Both the position numbers and the translations under genes were made by a program. Shown here piece after piece: positions 18,130 to 27,466 of a stretch of DNA of 64,000 nt (the first letter of the stretch is position 1; every line of letters begins with the position of its first letter). Below the pieces are notes generated by a model. It was given only the letters and a program-made list of their open reading frames with translations. It had not been told where the DNA came from and searched no databases. Origin of the DNA: a virus (taxonomy: Duplodnaviria > Caudoviricetes); the IMG/VR virus record IMGVR_UViG_3300033121_001033, positions 1 to 64,000 of that record. One strand, written 5' to 3'.

Positions 18130-19500
18130 TTAATTTCTAGTAAACTTTTTAATCTCATGATCTTTACTTCTATAAAAAGCTTCACGTCTTTCCCATTTTT
18201 TCTTTGAGTATTCATTATTCTCATAGAAGTCTACTAATAATAGTCTTTCTCGATTAGCATCACCTTTATCTCTCAATCGTCCGGCTGGTTGTAAGGGATC
18301 TCCCGGAGGAGTAGCAAAGAATTCTGTATCCAAAGATGTAATATTTAAAGCGTCTCTGGCATAAGAAAATGTTGTAAAAATTACATCTCCTGCGACAGCA
18401 GTATCTCTAGTTGCTTTTTTCTGACCGCCGACCATTAATTCTACTTTAGTTTGCGGATAATCCTTAATTTTGGCTATTTCATTTTCAAACATTAATTTAA
18501 GTGTATCTAAGTGATTTCTTAATCTAGAGAAAACTAATATTCTGCGTTTTCCAGGTTGTCTGGCTTTTACTAGTTCCTCAACTATAATTTTATTTCTTTT
18601 ACCGTCTTTGGCTAATTTCTTATCATATTTAAGTGGGTCTGGTGGATAATTTCCCCATGCATCAGGTGTCCAACTTTTATAACTATTATATGGATAATCT
18701 ATATTTGTATTAATTCCGCATACTAATAATTTTGCTGTCTTTTTTTGAACTGTATGCCCTATTTCACCTAAATTCCATTTTATAATATTGGTTAAACCAT
18801 CTTTTCTATTAATATCAGCTGTGACAGCTAATCTATATTTTGCAGGAAATTGTCTCCAAACGGTTGACCATTTTTCACTACCAAATCTTTGTGTTTCATC
18901 ATTTATTATAAAACCAAATTGATTATAAAGTTCATCTGGATATTTTCTAGACAGTAAGCTTTGAATACTCATTAGAGTAATAGGTTTATTTAATATACAT
19001 TTATCTTGCTGTACTATTCCGATGTCTTCTTGTTTAATACCAAGAGCTTTCTCTGCTTCTTTAATCCAGTTATCAAACATATGCCCAGCATATATAAATA
19101 CACCAATAGAAGTATTAAATTTGGAAGCAATTGCATAACTTACTAATGTTTTGCCAAAGCCTGTACCTGCTATTAGTACTCCACCAAATTGCTGTTGTAA
19201 ATACTGCTCCATACTTTTAACAGCGGCTGTTTGACCACGACTCTCATCCAAAGTAGCAATAAAATTAAATTTTTGTGGTATTCCTGTTACTGTAGTATCC
19301 GTATATTGTTGATTTAATTGCTTTCCAAAAGCTCTTGGCACCCATAAATATTTATCATCTTCATGATAGGAACAAACAGTAAATCCAGGATTATCTTTCC
19401 AGGCTTGGGCCTCAAGAGTTAATTGTTTTTTAATGTTTTCTTTTTGTTGTTGTGTGAGTCTATTAAGGCTAATTCCATAATCTGCATGTAAGCAATCCAA
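18130..19500 (-). CDS. SF2 helicase (UvsW/XPB-like)
   Basis: GTGFGKT, INDETQ, VTA motif III, QPAGRLR motif VI; TTG start. Confidence 0.85.
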   Translation of the reverse strand: MDCLHADYGISLNRLTQQQKENIKKQLTLEAQAWKDNPGFTVCSYHEDDKYLWVPRAFGKQLNQQYTDTTVTGIPQKFNFIATLDESRGQTAAVKSMEQYLQQQFGGVLIAGTGFGKTLVSYAIASKFNTSIGVFIYAGHMFDNWIKEAEKALGIKQEDIGIVQQDKCILNKPITLMSIQSLLSRKYPDELYNQFGFIINDETQRFGSEKWSTVWRQFPAKYRLAVTADINRKDGLTNIIKWNLGEIGHTVQKKTAKLLVCGINTNIDYPYNSYKSWTPDAWGNYPPDPLKYDKKLAKDGKRNKIIVEELVKARQPGKRRILVFSRLRNHLDTLKLMFENEIAKIKDYPQTKVELMVGGQKKATRDTAVAGDVIFTTFSYARDALNITSLDTEFFATPPGDPLQPAGRLRDKGDANRERLLLVDFYENNEYSKKKWERREAFYRSKDHEIKKFTRN

Positions 19501-19527
19501 TTTGCGCTCTCATGCAGTACAAACCTT

Positions 19528-19758
19528 TTAAGTTACCGTTATGTTGAGATCAGGTATCATAGATTTGACTGCATGTAATAGATTCGCAGCTGATACCTCT
19601 AATGTCAAGCATTGTGAGTTTTTTCCTTGAATACTCAATACAATGTTACTAGTGTCCATGTTTCTACTAAACTCTAGCGTACCACCATCACCATCAACTG
19701 TTGCTTTTAATGTATTCATTACGCTCTCCTGTATTATGTAAACAAAGAAATATACCAA
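19528..19758 (-). CDS. Hypothetical protein (true start probably MNTLK)
   Basis: GGAGAG RBS before the internal ATG. Confidence 0.45.
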   Translation of the reverse strand: MVYFFVYIIQESVMNTLKATVDGDGGTLEFSRNMDTSNIVLSIQGKNSQCLTLEVSAANLLHAVKSMIPDLNITVT

Positions 19759-20311
19759 TCATAATTGTTATTATTAGACCGTAGTATGCTCCGATACCTA
19801 TTAAAAAGGCACCTAATACTAAACCGCCGAAGATTAAAAATTTTCTAACATTTTTAATATTAAAATTTAATAATTCACATATAGATAATACTATCTGACC
19901 TCCATCTAACGGAAGTACAGGAATAAGATTAAAAATACACATAATAATATTAGATGTAAATAAGATATCTAATAAATATAGAGGCCCTAAAATATACATA
20001 AATAATATAGCGATAATTGCGAGTATGATATTTACTATAGGCCCCATTATTGAAATAAATGACATATGAAATGGGTCTATTTTAGTATGATGATTAATAT
20101 GAGCTATGCCGCCAAATGGATGTAATACTATTCGTGGAACGCTGTAACCAAAGTATTTGGCAGTTAAACCGTGACCTAATTCATGTAATAAAACTGATGT
20201 ATATAATATAAAAGCTGGTAATAGTGTATTACTTAATAGAAAAGAAAGTAACATTATTAAAAATAATATATCAACAACTATCTCAATATTGAATATTTTG
20301 AATATTTTCAT
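19694..20311 (-). CDS. M50 site-2 protease (SpoIVFB-like intramembrane metalloprotease)
   Basis: LLHELGH, LHPFGG, GPIVN, FNLIPVLPLDGG; multiple hydrophobic segments. Confidence 0.9.
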   Translation of the reverse strand: MKIFKIFNIEIVVDILFLIMLLSFLLSNTLLPAFILYTSVLLHELGHGLTAKYFGYSVPRIVLHPFGGIAHINHHTKIDPFHMSFISIMGPIVNIILAIIAILFMYILGPLYLLDILFTSNIIMCIFNLIPVLPLDGGQIVLSICELLNFNIKNVRKFLIFGGLVLGAFLIGIGAYYGLIITIMIGIFLCLHNTGERNEYIKSNS

Positions 20312-21876
20312 TTATTTCTTCCTAAGAGGGAATTGATATAATTTAAGACTACTGACAATTCTCTACCACTCATTTGACTTCTTGATTTTTTAAATTGCCT
20401 AAAAAGCAGTTTATTCGTGGTGCCTCTTGGCAAGCGTTTAATAATATCGCGGCGTCTAGACATCATCTCAATCATCTTTCTCTGTTCTTGCTCATCTGGA
20501 GTAGCAATAGCAACATTCATTTCTTGTAGCTGTTCTAATTGTAGTGATGTTGTATTAGTTCCCGTAGATCCTGCACCTAACGGGGTAAATTTGATTATTT
20601 GTTCGGACCTTTCGGTATTTTCTTTTGCTTCCAATTCTTTCTGTTTTTTAACTTTAATTCCTCGATCTTGTTCTTCAGAGATAGTATAAACCACTCTTTG
20701 CATTCTTGGATCGTCTGGAACAAAAATATATGCTTTTTGTTTGTTGTAAGGATAATTATTTTTAATTGCCGTATAATCTACACGAGTTACGCGAGCAAAT
20801 GCTTGTTCTAACCAAGGAACGGATCTTGTATTTGTAAGACAAATTAAATGTTTACAATCTGGAACGTCTAATCCTTCATAAGCCATTCCTACTGTAACTA
20901 ATACTTGACCAATTCCTTTTCGAAAATCTTTGATCGTTTCTTGTGAACTGCTATCCTCAGAAATAGCAAGAGAGGCTTTGATTTTGAATTCGTCTTTTAA
21001 TTGAACAGTAATATCCTTAGCCATCTGTTGAGTGGCACAAATTATAATTGCTCTAGAAGGGTATATTTTTCTAGTCTCTATCCAATGATTAACGCCCCTT
21101 CGTAGAAGTTTATCTCTAAAGTCTGTTTTATCTAAAAATGTCTGAATAACCCTAGAGGTTTCTGAATCTGTTGCATTTGAAATATTAAGTTCATGAACAC
21201 CAAACTCATCTTCAAATTTGACCCAACCGCGTTCGTAAATAAATTCAATAGGTACTACTGCTTCTTCTAATAAGGCATCAAATCGAGAATAGATAATATC
21301 TTTAACTGGAAAATAAGAATCTTCTTCTTCAATATATTCTATAAAAGGAATAAGTTTCTTATCGTGACGTTCGATTGTTCCGGTCATTAATAATGTATGA
21401 GTAGCATTCTCGACTAATGGTTCTAATGCTTTAACCCATGCCCCGTCTGATTCGTCTTGTAGATGATGCGGCTCATCAAGAATTAATAAATATTTTGTAT
21501 GCTTTGTTGAATTAATATGCAATTCCGGATTAGCAGCAACAGATTGATATGTTGTTACATATCCTGCGCAGCCATTTGAAACATCTCTGAATAGCGGAGC
21601 AATATTATCAGCTTTACGAATTGTATAATTCATTCCTAATTCAGGAATTTTAAATCCGTCCGCTGCTTGTTGCGCTAACGAACTACGGGGGCAAACCCAA
21701 ACAACACGATTAATGTGTTGTCCTTTTATAAGGGCGTGCGCGTAAATACTTGCACCGCTTGACTTACCGGCTCCCGGAACAGAATGGGCGACTGTAGTTT
21801 TACTTACAATAGTACCATTAACAATCTGTTCTGCCCTTTTAAAGAGTTCAGATTGGTGTAATCTAAGTTTTTTCAT
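20308..21876 (-). CDS. SF2 DExH helicase, restriction-subunit-like (paralog 2)
   Basis: VPGAGKS, LILDEPHH, LMTGT, VTVGMAYEGLDVP, LEQAFARVTR. Confidence 0.85.
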   Translation of the reverse strand: MKKLRLHQSELFKRAEQIVNGTIVSKTTVAHSVPGAGKSSGASIYAHALIKGQHINRVVWVCPRSSLAQQAADGFKIPELGMNYTIRKADNIAPLFRDVSNGCAGYVTTYQSVAANPELHINSTKHTKYLLILDEPHHLQDESDGAWVKALEPLVENATHTLLMTGTIERHDKKLIPFIEYIEEEDSYFPVKDIIYSRFDALLEEAVVPIEFIYERGWVKFEDEFGVHELNISNATDSETSRVIQTFLDKTDFRDKLLRRGVNHWIETRKIYPSRAIIICATQQMAKDITVQLKDEFKIKASLAISEDSSSQETIKDFRKGIGQVLVTVGMAYEGLDVPDCKHLICLTNTRSVPWLEQAFARVTRVDYTAIKNNYPYNKQKAYIFVPDDPRMQRVVYTISEEQDRGIKVKKQKELEAKENTERSEQIIKFTPLGAGSTGTNTTSLQLEQLQEMNVAIATPDEQEQRKMIEMMSRRRDIIKRLPRGTTNKLLFRQFKKSRSQMSGRELSVVLNYINSLLGRNK

Positions 21877-23432
21877 GATTTATTTTTAAGTAGTTCCTCT
21901 ATATATAAAATAGCATCTTCTATTTCTTGTTGCGTCATTTGTTTGCCTTTTTTAAATTTTGAAACTATTAATTTTAATGTAGTTCCTTTATTTAAGCGAC
22001 GCATATGATCCCTGCGACGAATGAGAATACTAAGAAGTTTTATTCTTTCTTGTTCGCCGGCATTATAGGGTCTTGTCTCTTGTTCTTGGTCCGTTCCTAA
22101 TATTGTTGTAGTTGTTCCTTCAGAATCAGCACCGATCGGTTTAAAAATCATCGGTAATGCAGGACCATTTTCCTGTGGTTTTGGCTTTTGCGCTTTTCTA
22201 GCCTTAATTCCCCTATCCTGTTCTTCTAGCATCAACGCAACTATCTTCTGCATTCTAGGATCATCTGGAACATAGATAGAAGCTTGCTGTTCTTCGTAAG
22301 ATACACCAGAATTTAATGCTTTATAATCTACTCTTGTAACACGAGCAAACGCTTGTTCTAGCCAGGGCAGCGATCGAATATTTGTCAGGCATATAAGATA
22401 CTTACAGTCTGGAACATCCAGCCCTTCGTATGCCATTCCAACAGTAACTAAGACATCTCCAAACAAACGTTTACGAAATTGTTTAATAGTTTGTTGAGAG
22501 TGTTTATCATCTGATACAGCTAATGCGACATCAACACCATAATCCTTATTAATTTTTGCTGCTAATTCTCTTGCAATATCCTGACGTGAACAAATTACAA
22601 TTGCTCTTGAATTATATTTTGATCTTGATGCGAGCCAATCACTAATACCACGATCTAGTAATTTATTTCTAAAATCTGTTTTGGCGAGGAAAGTTTGAAT
22701 AACTTTAGAAACTTCGTCATCTTCAGCTGTTGAAATGTCTATATTGTGCGTTCCTAATGCGTCTTCAAATTGAACCCAACCCTTTTCAAATGTAAATTTT
22801 ATAGGAACTATCGCTTTTTCAGTTAAAGCATCATATCTTGTATATACGATATCTTTTACAGGATAATATGCCCCTGCATCAAAAACGTACGGAATGAATG
22901 GAATTTGTTTTTGATCATGCCGTTCAATTGTTCCGGTCATTAAAAGAGTGTGATAAGCTCCTTTAACCAAAGGTTCTATAGCCGCCGTCCACATTGCAGC
23001 AGTATTCATATTATCTTGCAAATGATGAGGTTCATCTAAGATTAGAAGATACCGTTTGTTTAATAATTCTCTGAGATGAAGATTAGGATTTGCTGCAACT
23101 CCCTGATACGTAGCTGAGTAACCAACACAACCTTCTCGATTTAAAATAAGAGGAGCTTTATTTCCAGGTCGTGTAATAAAATAATAAGGATTGATGTCTG
23201 AATCTTGAAAACCATCCGCCGCTTGAGTAGTTAATGATGTTCTTGGACAAATCCAAACAACAGCATCTATTAAACCGGCATCTAACAATTCTTTGGCTAA
23301 AATCATACATAGCAAAGATTTACCGCCGCCTGGAGTTACATGTGTTACAGTAAGTTTATCAGTAATAGAGCCAGAAATTATTTCTCTGGCTCTCATTAAA
23401 AGATCTTTTTGGTGCAGCCTAAGTTCTTTCAT
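21873..23432 (-). CDS. SF2 DExH helicase, restriction-subunit-like (paralog 1)
   Basis: TPGGGKS, LILDEPHH, LMTGT, VTVGMAYEGLDVP, LEQAFARVTR. Confidence 0.85.
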   Translation of the reverse strand: MKELRLHQKDLLMRAREIISGSITDKLTVTHVTPGGGKSLLCMILAKELLDAGLIDAVVWICPRTSLTTQAADGFQDSDINPYYFITRPGNKAPLILNREGCVGYSATYQGVAANPNLHLRELLNKRYLLILDEPHHLQDNMNTAAMWTAAIEPLVKGAYHTLLMTGTIERHDQKQIPFIPYVFDAGAYYPVKDIVYTRYDALTEKAIVPIKFTFEKGWVQFEDALGTHNIDISTAEDDEVSKVIQTFLAKTDFRNKLLDRGISDWLASRSKYNSRAIVICSRQDIARELAAKINKDYGVDVALAVSDDKHSQQTIKQFRKRLFGDVLVTVGMAYEGLDVPDCKYLICLTNIRSLPWLEQAFARVTRVDYKALNSGVSYEEQQASIYVPDDPRMQKIVALMLEEQDRGIKARKAQKPKPQENGPALPMIFKPIGADSEGTTTTILGTDQEQETRPYNAGEQERIKLLSILIRRRDHMRRLNKGTTLKLIVSKFKKGKQMTQQEIEDAILYIEELLKNKS

Positions 23433-24197
23433 TTATAATTTTTCGATAATTCTACTTACTATCTCACTACGTAAGACATCTCGGTTAGATAGTCGAACAA
23501 CCCCAATATCTGGTGTTCCTTCTAATCTTTCCATTACTTCTGCTAGTCCACTATCTGGAATATCGGTTTGTGTAACGTCACCTTCAACAACAACGATACA
23601 TTTTTTACCAATACGAGTTAGGAAAAGCTTAAGATCTTTATAAGTGCAGTTTTGTGCCTCATCTAGAATGATGAAAGCGTTATTAAAACTACGTCCACGT
23701 ATATAAGCTAAAGGAACTATCTCAATGTCTAATTGAAGAAGAAGTTCTTTTAGAGGATCTGCGCTTCCATTATGACTGGACTTATTATAGTTGTAAGAAA
23801 TTAGTTCACCTGCGGCATCTTTTAAGAGAGGACGTAGGAATGGATCCATTTTGTTTTCTAATTCGCCTGGTAACGCACCTAAGTCTTGATCATCACCAGC
23901 CATAATAGTTGGACGAACTATAACAATACGGAATACTTCTCCTTTAAAGTAAGATTGTAGGGCTAAACTCATAGCGCATAAGCTTTTACCAGAACCGGGA
24001 GGACCAGATGCAATTGTAACTATATTTTCTTTAATTGCATCAAATAATTCTTCCTGACCCTGTGTTCTCGGAGCTACTGGTTTGAAAAGATCCTTTACAG
24101 TCTTTACTTTACTTTGTTGTTTTGTTGAAAAATCTTGTACCTTGTGGTGAACCTTCTTTCTAGCCAAATGATTGTCTCCTTTAATTAGCGACAACAT
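23433..24197 (-). CDS. phoH: PhoH-family ATPase
   Basis: GPPGSGKS, LGALPGELENKM.PF, PLAYIRGRSF, ILDEAQN, GDVTQTD, DVLRS.IV. Confidence 0.92.
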   Translation of the reverse strand: MLSLIKGDNHLARKKVHHKVQDFSTKQQSKVKTVKDLFKPVAPRTQGQEELFDAIKENIVTIASGPPGSGKSLCAMSLALQSYFKGEVFRIVIVRPTIMAGDDQDLGALPGELENKMDPFLRPLLKDAAGELISYNYNKSSHNGSADPLKELLLQLDIEIVPLAYIRGRSFNNAFIILDEAQNCTYKDLKLFLTRIGKKCIVVVEGDVTQTDIPDSGLAEVMERLEGTPDIGVVRLSNRDVLRSEIVSRIIEKL

Positions 24198-24236
24198 TAT
24201 CTTAAACTATTTAAGGTTTTTATCCAGCCTTTAATT

Positions 24237-25409
24237 TCAAAAGCCTACACGAGAGACTTTAGTGGCTGGTTTATAATCTGGATCATCTTTAATAGCATAT
24301 AAATCGGCGAGTGTATATTCTGATTCTGTAAGTCTGTCTTGACTTACATTATTATGCGCCAGCCAATTATCTAGTGTATTGTCTTTTAACTTATCAAAGA
24401 CCAATCTTTGTATGCAACGACCAGATCGAATAATTGCGGGATCAAAGGCATCTATAGACTCATTGGCAGTTAATAACAACTTAAAATCACCATCTGACAA
24501 TAAACCATCAGTTATATTCAATAGACGTGAAAATCCAGGATTACTACGACAGTTCATCGAAAAGAAATCAGCCGAATCTTCTAAAATTATGATTCTTTTA
24601 GATAGTTTTGTCTCAGTTGACTCAGGACTATCTGAAGTTGATAATTCTCTATTTAAAGCCCCTAGCGTGCCATTGGATAACAACAATTCTTTCATATAAG
24701 AAGGAGACGCGAATAATTTTTCAACATCAAAAATTATTTCAGGCATTATGTTTTGTTTATAACACTCACCTAACAAGTACTTGATTGCAGTTGACTTACC
24801 AGTGCCAGGGTCTCCGGTCCAAATAATTATGTTGCCCGATCTGTTATGTATCTTATCCGGTAGATTTTTAACAGATTTAAAAATTGATTCTGAATAATTA
24901 TTAATTAAATTTTTCTCTTCTAGGAAATTAAAATATTTAATAACAAATGATGGACCACTATCTGACAAAGACCATACTGCGACAGGAAAATTAGTGATAG
25001 TTTTTGTCTGCGGTTTTTTAAGATACTTACTAAAATGATCTTTAAGCAATTTTAAAGTTGATTTTGCAAACGCTATAGTTTTGGCATGTATTTGTGGTAT
25101 TATATAATTTGTATTAAGTCCTACAAATAAATTAACTAATAGTGTTTCATTAGTATTGGTAGCGATATCATTAATAATCGCAATATTTAATTGATTATTT
25201 TCGATTTTAGAGAGTTTAATTTTAAATTCTATAGAGTCAGTAACTTTAAAACTTTCTACAATTTTAATTATATCATCCCAGTTTTTATCTTTTAAATCAA
25301 ATTCAAAACTATCTAATTCAGTATAATATAAAGCATTTTGTTCTATATACTCTTTTAATTTTGAATTAAAAATGTAAGAAGATAATGTATTTGTATCAAA
25401 TGTAATCAT
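24237..25409 (-). CDS. AAA+ ATPase
   Basis: GDPGTGKS, IIILED, LLNITDG, DPAIIRSGR. Confidence 0.85.
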   Translation of the reverse strand: MITFDTNTLSSYIFNSKLKEYIEQNALYYTELDSFEFDLKDKNWDDIIKIVESFKVTDSIEFKIKLSKIENNQLNIAIINDIATNTNETLLVNLFVGLNTNYIIPQIHAKTIAFAKSTLKLLKDHFSKYLKKPQTKTITNFPVAVWSLSDSGPSFVIKYFNFLEEKNLINNYSESIFKSVKNLPDKIHNRSGNIIIWTGDPGTGKSTAIKYLLGECYKQNIMPEIIFDVEKLFASPSYMKELLLSNGTLGALNRELSTSDSPESTETKLSKRIIILEDSADFFSMNCRSNPGFSRLLNITDGLLSDGDFKLLLTANESIDAFDPAIIRSGRCIQRLVFDKLKDNTLDNWLAHNNVSQDRLTESEYTLADLYAIKDDPDYKPATKVSRVGF

Positions 25410-25820
25410 TTAGTTACCTTTCTGTTGTTGTGCCATCTGCGCTTTCTGAATTTTCTTTAAAAGTGCTTTAATATGTTTGCGAACTACGAATTCTTTTGCG
25501 CTTGAGACCTTCTTACCTGTATCAATAGCAACATTAATATTTGTCAATTCTTCTACGTCAACACCTTCTTTTAAACAAGAAGGGTGTATAGCAATTGGCG
25601 TTTTTGCTTTATTTAATCCCATCATTACAACTTCGCAATGTTTAAAAGCTGTACTGCAAATATGACATTGTGCTCCTTGTATTTGTGGCAAAGGTTGTTG
25701 TTCAGCAGATTCAACTGGTGTTGATTCAGTAATAGTTGGTTGAATAGTCGGCGCAGTTGCTGTTGATCCCACGACATCAAAATGTACTGGTTCGTGTTTT
25801 ACTTCGGTATTTTCGCTCAT
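25410..25820 (-). CDS. Hypothetical protein with possible zinc site
   Basis: CHIC...HPSC. Confidence 0.5.
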   Translation of the reverse strand: MSENTEVKHEPVHFDVVGSTATAPTIQPTITESTPVESAEQQPLPQIQGAQCHICSTAFKHCEVVMMGLNKAKTPIAIHPSCLKEGVDVEELTNINVAIDTGKKVSSAKEFVVRKHIKALLKKIQKAQMAQQQKGN

Positions 25821-25829
25821 AATATCCTC

Positions 25830-26606
25830 TTATTGTTTATTCAAGAAATTAACTATGTCTTCTGACCCTTTTTCTACACAATCTTTACCATGCAGCTTAG
25901 CCCTAGCATCGGTCCAAATTATATAGGTATGATTAATGTTTTTAAATTTATTTAAATGATTTTTTAATGCTTCAGCTTGCGAAACAAATACATTTGAATC
26001 TTCTTGTCCGTGTATTGTTAATATTTTAATATTATTTCTACTATATGTTATTGACGTAGCCGAATTTAAATATTCCATTGTTGGTGTTGAACCAAACATT
26101 AAATTTGTAATACGATCATAATCGGAAAAGCATAAATTTTTATTTAAGGTAATGTCATGCCAGCCAGATATATTGATACAACTATTTGTAATATACTCAT
26201 TATCGGATAAACCTCTAAAAGTGCTTTGTACGGCTAATGTAGCACCAGCAGATGATCCGGCCATGATAATGCGTTTTTCATTTAAATTTTCATATGCAAA
26301 TTTTTGAAATTTTAAACAATCATCAATCTGAGAAGGCCATAGATTCTTATCTATAGTAAGACGGTAATTTGGGCTGTAAACTTTGTAGCCTAAAGGACAT
26401 ACAAGATTAGCAAATTCTTTTGCTTCACTCTTATCACCCATCATAAGAGCGCCACCATGAATGTATATTATTGTTTTGCCATTCCAATTTGTTGGTTCAT
26501 ACTTATCATATCTATCTGAGATTTGTTCGCCGTATGATAGATTTTCTTTTAAAGAGTAAGGAGCACAACCAATCATAAAGATAATTAATATCACTAAATA
26601 TTTCAT
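25830..26606 (-). CDS. Alpha/beta hydrolase (esterase/lipase) lipoprotein
   Basis: Lipobox MIGC, YIHGG oxyanion hole, GSSAG nucleophile, HGQED, C-terminal His. Confidence 0.85.
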   Translation of the reverse strand: MKYLVILIIFMIGCAPYSLKENLSYGEQISDRYDKYEPTNWNGKTIIYIHGGALMMGDKSEAKEFANLVCPLGYKVYSPNYRLTIDKNLWPSQIDDCLKFQKFAYENLNEKRIIMAGSSAGATLAVQSTFRGLSDNEYITNSCINISGWHDITLNKNLCFSDYDRITNLMFGSTPTMEYLNSATSITYSRNNIKILTIHGQEDSNVFVSQAEALKNHLNKFKNINHTYIIWTDARAKLHGKDCVEKGSEDIVNFLNKQ

Positions 26607-26615
26607 ATACTTTCC

Positions 26616-27422
26616 CTATTCAACTAAATAACAATTTGTAATCATAGAACTAGCATTAAGATGCCCTCCCCCACCATATATTTGGGCTATTTTAGAAACA
26701 TCAAAATTTCCAATAGATCTTAATGAATATTTAATTCTTCCATCTGAAAGCATATTCCAGACACAGCCAAAAGTTGCCTTCTCAGCAAGTCTGTTTCCGA
26801 TTTCTGATGCAAAACAGTATGAATTAACAGCTAAACCACTGAAACCATCTAATTCAATTGGTCTCGCTAATTTGAGCGCATTCTCAATTTGTTTGTTTTT
26901 TAATTTAAGCGCCGCTGAACCTTCTATTATTAAGTCGTTAATATTCATCTGTGAAAGTTTATTCCATTCTTCGAATGTTCTATCTCTTAAATCTATAGCC
27001 TCACAAATTTCTCTAGCATTTGGAAAATTCCATTTCCATAAATCTCTGTCTTCTACATAGTTAACTAGCCAATTTCTTTCTGTGCTAAATAAATAATCCC
27101 ATGCCATTCCAGCGCCGGATTTATTCATATCAAATGTACAAAAATCTAAGCCTTCAAGATCGTTTTTGGCACTTAAATGATGGTCTAGTACTTTAATAGA
27201 TCGAGCTTGTTCTTTTAACTTTAAAAGCGTTTCTTTTTTATAAGAAAAATCTAAAATATAAACATCTTTACCCGTAACGTCTGGTGGTGGATTTCCATGT
27301 TGCACAGGAATATACTCGGCTGAATTTTTATATGCGACATTAAAAGCCCATGCTGCTGTAAAACCATCGGCGCAATCGGCATGATATAATACTGTAGTCA
27401 TAATTTGACTCCTTATTAACAC
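26616..27422 (-). CDS. DHH/DHHA1 phosphoesterase (nanoRNase NrnB-like)
   Basis: YHADCADG, ILDFS, LDHH, YSLRS, GGGGH. Confidence 0.88.
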   Translation of the reverse strand: MLIRSQIMTTVLYHADCADGFTAAWAFNVAYKNSAEYIPVQHGNPPPDVTGKDVYILDFSYKKETLLKLKEQARSIKVLDHHLSAKNDLEGLDFCTFDMNKSGAGMAWDYLFSTERNWLVNYVEDRDLWKWNFPNAREICEAIDLRDRTFEEWNKLSQMNINDLIIEGSAALKLKNKQIENALKLARPIELDGFSGLAVNSYCFASEIGNRLAEKATFGCVWNMLSDGRIKYSLRSIGNFDVSKIAQIYGGGGHLNASSMITNCYLVE

Positions 27423-27466
27423 TATGTTAGACTCTTATATAGCATCATCACTGTTGGAGATTTTAA

